In this document: one piece after another, positions 14,291-23,257 of the stretch
Layout: each line of letters begins with the position of its first letter
How positions within the stretch are numbered: the first letter of the stretch is position 1
From: Botryllus schlosseri
Lineage: Eukaryota
Assembly: GCA_051294905.1 (NCBI GenBank)
Contig: CM119373.1
Span: forward strand, 2,854,001 to 2,918,000
Direction: 5' to 3'
Length of the DNA: 64,000 nt
The notes under the pieces: model-generated
The model's input: the letters and a program-made list of their open reading frames with translations, nothing else
Told to the model about the DNA's origin: nothing
Databases searched by the model: none
Position numbers and translations under genes: made by a program

Positions 14291-14392
14291 CTGTATGGAA
14301 ACTGTGTTAAGCCTACTCAAGTTATACACGGGCACATGTTGTGGCAATGACCTAGTCATTTCGTCGACATAGCTCAGGAATTAGAAGCGATA

Positions 14393-14478
14393 TAGGTATT
14401 TCGATAATATCAGTCGATGCAACTGCACGTATAGTAAGGATGAGTGCCATTACTAAGACATGTTCCGTTCTGTGGACA
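14393..14478 (-). pseudogene. Locus A dead EGF exon remnant E9
   Basis: CPQNGTCLSNGTHPYYTCSCID*YY: in-frame TGA, donor deleted, 5' part replaced by repeat DNA. Confidence 0.85.
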
Positions 14479-14716
14479 CTAGGACTGTTCAAAAATATCC
14501 TTTTTTCCTTAATCTTGCGGGCTACGTGATTAAATTGTTAGGTTGCCTTAAAAAACGACGCACACCAAATTTGAATTCATTCCAACCAATATTCGCGGTT
14601 TACGTAGAGTTTGAAAATTTTGAATTTGCGCAGAAACGCAAAAAAATTTTTTTTCAATTTTTTCTGCCAACCCCGTGAAATTGTTGGGCTGTCTTCAAAA
14701 ACTATTCAAAACAAAT

Positions 14717-14860
14717 TTTACTCAATTCCAAGCCGTAGAAGTGGAGTTATATCAGTTTTTCTTTGATAATTCTGGGATTATCCTTGATCGGTGGATAAGC
14801 CAACAATTTTCATCGAAAAACTGGAATAACTCCGCTTCTACGGCTTGGAATTGAGTAAAA
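14717..14860. repeat. Inverted repeat, ~34-bp arms
   Basis: ttttactcaattccaagccgtagaagtggagttat ... ataactccgcttctacggcttggaattgagtaaaa; probably internal to a DNA-transposon derivative. Confidence 0.8.
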
Positions 14861-15026
14861 TGCAATGGTTCGGAAACTGAGCGTGTTTAATCAATCCCTG
14901 AACATGTGCCTTGGACCCACCGGATAAAGACACAAAAATTGTTTGAGCAAAAGTTTTGAATGTTCATTGCGGTTTTTTACAGACATGGAGATTTATCGAT
15001 ATGTTCAAGAGACGGAAGCCCTAGAA

Positions 15027-16403
15027 CAGAGGTCTCAAACACGCGGCCCGCGGGCCGCATGCGGCCCTCGAGAGCATTTTGTGCGGCCCGCGACGGTATT
15101 TTGGAATTTCAAGTATTCAACAATAAATTCAAGTGTCATATATCTTTTTTAGATATAATAACGTAAAGTTCACGATAAAACTACTGTAATAATCACAGGA
15201 AGCTCAACAAACTTAACTACCACATCACTTTTAAAAGCTACCATGCGGTAGAAGATCAGCTATACGTCACATTTCTATTTCATGATGACAAAACATGACC
15301 CGTTGATGATTCGTGATTGGAAATTGTGATTTGGTTTGGTGCGACCTTCTCGTAAAATGACTTGATCTCGGATTGACTGGTTGCTTGCGTTGCGCAGGGT
15401 AGCTATCTAATCAGGTCAGCATGGCAACCATTGGTATTCTTTGATCCCGTGACGTATAGTTGGTTGCATGCTGGGTAATGTTTGTTCTCTTTATCCATAT
15501 TATTATTATCGGTGACGAGTAAGATAGTAGTACGCTCTACAGCTGTAACACCTATGAATTCCTCACGGGTTGGACATTTCTGTTCCAGGTAGGCCCACTC
15601 TTAACCAGGGTCCGTAAACCCCATCGGGGTACGAAGCACCACATCAAAGTGTACGAGATGTATTGTGGAATTAGGCCTATGTGCTGTGGGATATTTTCTC
15701 GGCCAATTTATTCAACTAGAAAATAGTCTTCGCGCTACACGCGATTTTGTGTGACTGGGATTTCGGATTTTAATACAGGTACAATCAGAAATTGTGTTGA
15801 AAACTGACAGGGACTACGAGAAATCTTATTGGAAGCACAAAGGGTACGGTCGCTAAAAAGGTTAAGAAGCAATGTGGGCTCAATAATGATTATATTTAAG
15901 TTGTTATTGATACGTTCCAATAATAATCGAAGGTAAAATCTAACGCCGATTTAATTTGACTTTGGTAATGACAGTAACAAGCCTATAGCCTACTTATATC
16001 GACAATCTCAACACCAGGATTAGGCTACACCGCTCAAATGCTCTGATATCAATATTCTACATAACTTGTGGCACGTCAAAGGTCCATTAGCCGCAATATT
16101 ATAACCTCACAATATTATAACTCGCATGATGTCTATAACTCATTAATTAAAACAATTATGCTCGACACGAAAACAATGTTATTCAAATATTTGATAATTG
16201 AACTTTTTTCCGTGTCAAGCGTGAACAGTACAATAGTAAATTACATTTCCACAATATGTGTGGAATGCCTGTCCGCAAGGTCCCGTCAAATAAGGCCTAC
16301 ATGGAAATTATACATTGAATATCCCTATTACTGATGCTGCGGCCCGCGGCGTCATCAAAACTAGGAAAGTGGCCCGCGATCACATTTGAGTTTGAGACCT
16401 CTG
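15027..16403. mobile_element. Non-autonomous hAT (Charlie-like) element
   Basis: TIR cagaggtctcaaac...gtttgagacctctg; perfect 8-bp TSD ccctagaa; gcggcccgcgggccgc subterminal palindrome. Confidence 0.92.
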
Positions 16404-16608
16404 CCCTAGAACGAAGTCTTGAATGTCAAAGAGCGTTGCTTTTCACAATTGATGGATTGGGTTCCTGAGAGTACATCTGCCTTGACCGACTAGCCTGTGC
16501 ATGGCTTGCCAAGGCAATCTGAAATGTTGTAAGAGGTTGCTGATTTCCATTCATCCCCAAATAATTTTAAGGGCCATATCGCAGGAATCAACAGCGATAC
16601 ATACACAC

Positions 16609-16734
16609 GATCGCCATTCGTCCCGGGATATCCTATGACGCATGTGCACTTGTAGTGCGAGTGGGTGTAATCGTACGTGTTCACGCATGTTCCTCTATTT
16701 TTACAAGTATTCTGGTGGTGTTGACAGTATGCTT
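16609..16734 (-). CDS. Locus A EGF-like exon E8 (6th Cys replaced by Gly, weak GTGTGT donor)
   Basis: 126 nt, phase 1-1; AYCQHHQNTCKNRGTCVNTYDYTHSHYKCTCVIGYPGTNGD. Confidence 0.7.
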
Positions 16735-16854
16735 CTGTGTGGAAACCAAGCTATAACTGGGTCAAACCAACTCAAGTTAGAGGCTGACAAATATTGCGGC
16801 AGTGGGCGAATCTTTTCCTCGACATAGCTCAAGAATTAGAAAAGATATACTTAC

Positions 16855-16974
16855 GTTCGCAGTTACTTCCATAATATCCATAGATGCAGTTACACTCATA
16901 GTACGGATGAGTGTAAGTAAACTTACATTTTTCATTATGATGACAGGTATTTGGGTGGCGTTCGCATTAATTTA
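16855..16974 (-). pseudogene. Locus A EGF exon E7 with premature stop but intact splice sites
   Basis: 120 nt, AG/GTAAGT; N*CERHPNTCHHNEKCKFTYTHPYYECNCIYGYYGSNCE, TAA at the conserved Tyr codon. Confidence 0.8.
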
Positions 16975-17094
16975 CTGTATGGAACAAAGTGATTTGTCAA
17001 ACTTACTGAATCTATACACAGCCAAGTATTATGGAATTGAGCGTGTCTCATTCTGGTCATAGCTCAATATTCACAAGAATTATGGGCTACTTAC

Positions 17095-17214
17095 CACTGC
17101 AGTTAATTCCATAATATCCGTCAATGCAATCGCACGTATAGTACGGACGATTGTCATTATTCAGGCACTTCCCTTCATGTTGGCATGTATTCTGGTGGTA
17201 TGCACAATATCTCT
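17095..17214 (-). CDS. Locus A EGF-like exon E6
   Basis: 120 nt, phase 1-1; RYCAYHQNTCQHEGKCLNNDNRPYYTCDCIDGYYGINCS. Confidence 0.9.
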
Positions 17215-17333
17215 CTGTGTGGAAACGAAGCGAATATGGGCCAGACATACTAACTTTAGACACGGCCAAGTGTCGTGGCAGTGAGTGAGTCTTTTTCTGA
17301 CCATGGCTCAAGAATTAGGATCGTTTTACTTAC

Positions 17334-17453
17334 CACTGCAGTTTTTCCCGTAATATCCGCTGGTGCAATTACACGTATAATACGGACGAGTGACATTATT
17401 CAAACATTTACCTCCATGTTGACAGGGATTCTCGTGGTGTGCACAATATTGTT
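17334..17453 (-). CDS. Locus A EGF-like exon E5
   Basis: 120 nt, phase 1-1; QYCAHHENPCQHGGKCLNNVTRPYYTCNCTSGYYGKNCS. Confidence 0.9.
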
Positions 17454-17579
17454 CTGAACGTATGAACAAAGCGATAACTGGGTCATACGTACTGAATTTA
17501 TAAACGGCAGGTAGAGTGACATGGCATTGAGCGAGTCTTATTATGGCCATAGCTATAATTAGAAACGTGTTACACTTAC

Positions 17580-17699
17580 CAGTGCAGTTTTTTCCATAAT
17601 ATCCGTCGGTGCAATTGCACGTATAGTACGGACAGGTGACATTATTCAGACATTGTCCTCCATGTTTACAGGGATTCTGGTGGTGTGCACAATATTGTT
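17580..17699 (-). CDS. Locus A EGF-like exon E4 (extra 7th Cys)
   Basis: 120 nt, phase 1-1; QYCAHHQNPCKHGGQCLNNVTCPYYTCNCTDGYYGKNCT (absent from ORF track). Confidence 0.9.
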
Positions 17700-17818
17700 C
17701 TGTGTGGAAACGAAGCGATTACTGTGCCATAAATACTGAATTTAGGCACGGCCAAGTGTAAGGCAGTGAGCGAGTCTCATTCTGGTCATATTTTAAGAAT
17801 TAGGATCGATTTACTTAC

Positions 17819-17938
17819 CACTGCAGTTTTTTCCATAATATCCGTCAGTGCAATTGCACGTGAAGTACGGACGAGTGACATTATTCAAACATTTTCCTTC
17901 GTGTTGGCAGGGATTCTGGTGGTGTTCACAATATCTCT
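17819..17938 (-). CDS. Locus A EGF-like exon E3
   Basis: 120 nt, phase 1-1; RYCEHHQNPCQHEGKCLNNVTRPYFTCNCTDGYYGKNCS. Confidence 0.9.
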
Positions 17939-18063
17939 CTGTATGCAAACGACGCGTATACGTACTGAATTTGGACACGGTCAAGTGTCGTGGCAATAAC
18001 CAAGTCTTATTCTGGCCATAGCTTAAGAATTAGAAGCATTATACTTAACAGTGGAGTGTTTTA

Positions 18064-19723
18064 TAGGGATGTTGTGAACGTGAGGCTCACATTCGCGTTC
18101 TGTATGTGAACCTCAGAATTTTAGAGGTTCACGTTCAGAAACGAATCTCGGTAGGTTCTGCACTGTGAACCTTTTTCATACATTACAATTTTCACTTCAT
18201 TTTAACATCTTTGGTTGATATTTATTGCATTTCAACTGCGGGCCACTCTATGCATGGCGCTGACAGTAAAAAATAAACACTAAACGAGCATGCACCGTGA
18301 CAATCTCAAAATATTGGCTTGCTTTGTTACAAGTAGGGTTGCATTTAAAACAAACGGTTGTTTAAAACACTTAGTTTAAAACATGTTTTAAACATTGTTT
18401 TAAACAAATGCCATTTAGAAAAAAACAAAATTGTGTTTTTTTTGCAAAAGTTTTATAATTATATCGTAATTCGTAACCTGTCTTGATATTTTCGAAAATC
18501 ATATTGCATGAACCCTCGGACGATTTGCACACGAAATCGTCGACGCATACAATATGGTAGGAATGGAACCCTCGACATCGGCACCGCTTAAGCAATTAGG
18601 CCTGTAACATGCAGGCCATATATCACTTGAACCGATTGGATGTTTTGATGATGATGGCCCTACTCCATAAAAATTCCGCATGATGAGGTAGACCGATAGA
18701 TATGGGCCGAAAAAGCCGAGGAAGTACCCAACGAAACTGACGATGATGATACATACCCTACGACTCTTCTGAGTCGTGTAAATGGTATATTCAGTCGACT
18801 TGAAGGGCGGGACGATTTCATAGCTCCGTCCATGATGCAGGATGACTTATTTATGAACAATATTGACGATGATGTCGTAAAAGTAAAGCAGTTGTTGCTC
18901 TATGCTGCTCACTGTGCCGTGGAAGACACTCAGTGATTTTTTTTCAATAAAATATTCGTTGAATACAAGAATTTTCTTCGAGCATTCCATGCCGTGCAGT
19001 CGCAGTAATCACTGCATCGTAATTTTAGAAGATATTCGTCATCATTAGGATATCATGGGTAGAAAAAAACAAAAAAAAACAATAAAAAACATGTTTTAAA
19101 CAAGGGCCATGTTTTAAACATGTGTGTTTTAAATTGATTTTTGTTTTAAACACAACCCTAGTTACAAGAGTTTGCTCAAAATATCCAGCTTTCCGTATGT
19201 GAATATTTAGTGACTCTCTGCTTTGAGCTTGAACCGCAATCACACAACATCACGAGCGAAATACACTACTGGTAAACGTAGTCAGCGAATAATGCTATTC
19301 AAGCAATCAATGAAATTGATATCGTTGACTGATGAAACAAATCTAACAGGCGTACGAGGCCAATATCAACATGGCAATACTCCGACGCCGAATACATTAT
19401 CCGGTCTGGCCTAGACCGTTAAAACGTAAGCTTATATTCCGCTTGCAAGTCCTCGTCGAAATTGTTTGCAAAGTGACGAAAGATATTGATTTAATGGGAT
19501 TGTTATATCATTTGATTGCCCCAGTTGATACATTCGGCTACGTTCAAAACGTCAATATGTATTTCAGCATTGTGGTATTATGTTACCCGAGCCGTCGCTA
19601 GGTGTCATGACCAATTTTACATTAATATACGCTATGACTTCACTGAAATGTAGGGTTGGAATCAGCAATATGACGTTCGAGTTCACACGAACCTGAGCCT
19701 TTCAGAGGTTCACACCGTCCCTA
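18064..19723. mobile_element. hAT-type non-autonomous element inserted in EGF exon E2
   Basis: TIR tagggatgttgtgaac...gttcacaccgtcccta; TSD gtgtttta/gtgttttc; same family as 8531-9514. Confidence 0.88.
18334..19160. mobile_element. Nested hAT-type MITE
   Basis: TIR tagggttg...caacccta; perfect TSD gttacaag; absent from the sister copy (site at about 8798). Confidence 0.9.
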
Positions 19724-19961
19724 GTGTTTTCGATATTATCCATCGGTGCAATTGAACGTATAGGAGCCTACGGACGACTGACATTATTCAGACATTGTCC
19801 TCCATGTTGACAGGGATTCTGGTGTTGTGCACAATGTTGTTCTCAACGGAAACAAAGCGAAAACTGGGCCATGCGTACTGAATTCATACACGACAGGGTG
19901 TCGTGGCCATGAGCGAGTCATATCCCGGCCATAGCTTAAGAAACAGAAGCGGTATACTTGC

Positions 19962-20081
19962 CACTGCAGTTCTTTCCATAATATCCGTCGGTGCAATTGC
20001 ACGTATAGTACGGTTTAGTGTCATTATTCAGACATGTTCCGATATGTTGACAGGGATTAGGGTGATAATTGCAGTAACCGC
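19962..20081 (-). CDS. Locus A EGF-like exon E1 (GC donor)
   Basis: 120 nt, acAG acceptor, GCAAGT donor, phase 1-1; GYCNYHPNPCQHIGTCLNNDTKPYYTCNCTDGYYGKNCS. Confidence 0.85.
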
Positions 20082-21235
20082 CTGTATTGAAACGCAGCGA
20101 GATCATGTTAAAGTTCCTGGTGTGAGGCAGCGACTTTGTTGGATTCCGACTACATCATTTCGCATCAACAATGATAAACGTAACAAGAACAATCACCGGA
20201 AATCCTACGGATTCACTGGCTCACTTTCATGTATACTTGAATAGTACTGTTACTTTCTATTTTTCAAAAATGTGCCTTAAATAATATACAGCGATTCAGA
20301 AAGTGCCTATTTTGAATGCTGTATACGCCTTGCGGGATGGGTTTATGATTTAGCTTATAGTCTGATGCTAAGCTCTTGTGAGCCACGACCAGACACTACA
20401 ATATGTATATGCTAACTATTCACATGAATATTTCTGAGAAGTTTATTCAATAGCAATAAAATATTTCGCGCCTCGTGCGATGTTCTTATTGCTGTTGGCG
20501 ATTGGCAATTATAGAGCGGTATCTAATTTATTAATAATCCATATCATCTCTGCCAATCATGATATTATGGTTTTTGCAAATAGTCGAAATCATATGCTTA
20601 CTCCGCGTTTGCTCTTGGCCCGCCATATTTTTAACGATGACAATACGTCACGACTGCATTGCAACGTGGTAAAAACTAGTGACGTCACAAGGTCACAGTC
20701 AAATTTCGACGGATATGTCCCATAGTTACACCCTTGTATATAACTCATACAGAATACGCACTATGTTTCTGTTTGGATTGAACACTGTCTGTTGCTAATA
20801 ATTGCGACGGTGCATCGTATTTTGGTGGGGTTGATGATTAGAATTTATCATATTAAAAACAAAAATTACAATTCCCTGTTTTGTGGTGGAATTTATATCA
20901 TCCAATATATAATTAGATCATATACTTCATTCCCAATTATCTGTCTCAATCTACTATTCCCAATTTACATGAGCCCGCATTTACTGGATATCCTACTCTG
21001 TCGCATTGCACATTACATATGGCCCTGGTAAAACATGTTTCCTGTTATATTGGTTCTTATCTATTGTATGATTGAATTCTAACACTTTGCTGTTAAACGT
21101 GGAGTTAAATTCATTCACGAGCGTCAGCATTACACCACACCGACGTCATGCATTCTATATTTCAAATGCAGACCATAACATTTACCGACGCTCGTTCATA
21201 ATCAAATTCATCGTAAAAGCTTGAGAAAGACTTAA
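20082..21235 (+). repeat. Upstream flank of EGF array A, paralogous to 55907-55992 plus 56871-57712
   Basis: Long shared stretches, e.g. gaatagtactgttactt, agacactacaatatgtatatg, ttctatatttcaaatgcagac. Confidence 0.88.
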
Positions 21236-22101
21236 CTCAGTTAAATATGTAGTTAGACCGACGTTTTATCGTCGTAGGGGTAAAGTATAAATCAAGCTGA
21301 ACTGCTTTACTTTTGAGTTGAATTGGAAACGGAGTTTACGGTGATCGACCTATCGATTTATATAGATTGTTAGTTGCTTGACGATTACTTTATCCAACTT
21401 ATCGCAATATCACCTTGTAGAGTAGGTTCAACTCGTTCTCTTTCAGCCAGCTTTTCCAGGTCACTCATAATCGTTTCAAGAGATGTTCCGTCCTTAAAAA
21501 CATACAACCTTATTTACCTTTCTCGTGAAATCCACCTTATGTCATGAGTCACATACATGAAGGCCTGAACAATATTTATGACATGGAATATGAAGAAAAT
21601 GACGAATGTTTTCATTCTTATTTGCTTCTTAGCAGGTGGGTTTACTGATTGCTCGTGTACCGTTATGTTGAATTCGTGACTTGTCTGTTGGCTGTTGATT
21701 GCGTATCGCACAACACTTCTAGCTGCTTTGTTGGTATCCACCTAATTTCATTTGAATCCGACATATTCAACTGGCTTACCTCACAATTTCCATGAGAGAT
21801 CCATCGTCCATTGATGTAATTTCTACTGCAAAATTGGCCTGCAATAAACGGAAATATTCGGTTCAGCGATCGTGTTTTTCAATCGACGGTATGACGTGAG
21901 GCTCGGTATGTGACGTCTAGGCTATCAAAGGAGTAGGGCTATAACATTATTGGGACCCTTTCTGGATTGTTTTGCCAAGTTACATCCTTGCAAATTTAAC
22001 TTACAAACCACATATATAACCAACCAAGAGTGGATTATAACGTCGCAGCTTTGTCAAATATCTAACGACATATTGTACGAAAACTATATCGACTTGACTT
22101 G

Positions 22102-22416
22102 GTTTGTTTTGTTTTATTGACACACATAATTGGCGCTTTTAACAACTTGGTCAAATGCGCCCGCACAGTAAATGTCATAAGGTCTTTTTTACGCTTGTCT
22201 TGCGCCCCTTTTCCGGTCCATTTGCTGCCATCTTTCAAGAGTTCGGCTCTCTCTTCCTCTGAGCTCTTCAATGCGCTGTATTTACATCGGGATCGGCGAT
22301 GAGGAGCCCAGATAAACCTCCGACACATAGAGACATGGCAGAGCCGAGACTCGAACCAGCAACCATCAGTGTCGTGACTGCTGTGTTTAACCAAATGCAC
22401 CACTCGCTTACTCATT
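22102..22416 (-). mobile_element. tRNA-derived SINE
   Basis: Reverse strand has A-box (gtggtgcatttgg), B-box (ggttcgagtc) and an (aaac)n-like tail; TSD gacttgacttg; same family as 28225-28575. Confidence 0.85.
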
Positions 22417-22635
22417 GACTTGACTTGTAGTTGCTGGTTGTCGGGCGTCATCATGATATTGTTTTTCCATGATATGTTTGGGAGTCTCAGATATCCCACC
22501 ATTATGATATCCTGATTATGTAATGCCGACAATGTCTAACATATTATCTATTATTGCTTGATCATGAATACATGAGTTTGTAATTCTGATTATTTTTTGG
22601 CGTCTGCAGAATTATTCATATTACATGTGTTACAG

Positions 22636-23048
22636 TAGGCTTACTAGAGGACACTTTTTCTGAAATTTGCAAGTTGCAGAACCGGAGTGAAATTCTCCCA
22701 CTTTGTGATCGGTTGACTAAAAAAAAAAAAAAAAAAAAAAAAAAAGGTCATCTTCTCCGCTCAGAACTCAAAATAACGTTTTTTACTCCACATCGCCAAG
22801 TGGATGACTGAAAAAAAAAAAGGTCATCTTTTCGCTCAGAGCTAGAAGCACCGTTTTTCACCCGTCGGAGCTTCACGTCTGTGCTAATATGTGGCATATC
22901 ACTCGCAATTTGCTCTGAATCTGCTCTAAATCCTTAAAAAGAGGACAAAATCTCAAAAAAGAGGACAAAAGGGCGTCCTCCGAGGACACTTTCAAAAAAG
23001 TCAAAAAAGAGGACAAATCCTCTTAAAAGAGGACGTATGGTAAGCCTA
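22636..23048. mobile_element. hAT-type MITE
   Basis: TIR taggcttac...gtaagccta; perfect TSD tgttacag; gaggac subterminal repeats. Confidence 0.9.
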
Positions 23049-23257
23049 TGTTACAGTAACTGTGATACTCAACCTTTACTATAACCCGCGGAACACTTAT
23101 AGGCTAATCAGCAAGCCTTCGCGGAACTCAAAATTTTTCGTTGAGTCAGAAAAACATAAATCTAACATTACATATCTAACTAGACATCTTATACATTACT
23201 ATAGATTGCTGGTGCATAAACTGAACTGTACATCAACATCGGGAGTTGAGCTGGAAA

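Larger units (their letters stand above)
18049..19841 (-). pseudogene. Locus A dead EGF exon E2, split by a nested transposon
   Basis: 19724-19841 reads QHCAQHQNPCQHGGQCLNNVSRP* followed by a frameshift; the last bases lie at about 18049-18063 with the donor mutated to TTAAGT. Confidence 0.85.

Noticed and set aside
16600..18050. Regularly spaced repeats as a CRISPR array
   Set aside because: Units are ~240-bp exon+intron cassettes with splice sites, in eukaryotic DNA with no cas genes.
20160..20230. Hydrophobic stretch (FPVIVLVTFIIV; LPGIVLVTLIIV in B) as a signal or transmembrane exon
   Set aside because: The upstream ATG is followed by TGA in both paralogs, a 5-nt indel separates them, and no GT donor follows; at best a relic.
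16642..20244. Plus-strand ORFs over the EGF array
   Set aside because: Antisense shadows of the minus-strand EGF exons.
20351..20372. tagcttatagtctgatg resembles mature miR-21
   Set aside because: The match has an indel and mismatches, spans the hairpin loop rather than an arm, and the seed is altered in the paralogous copy; likely chance.
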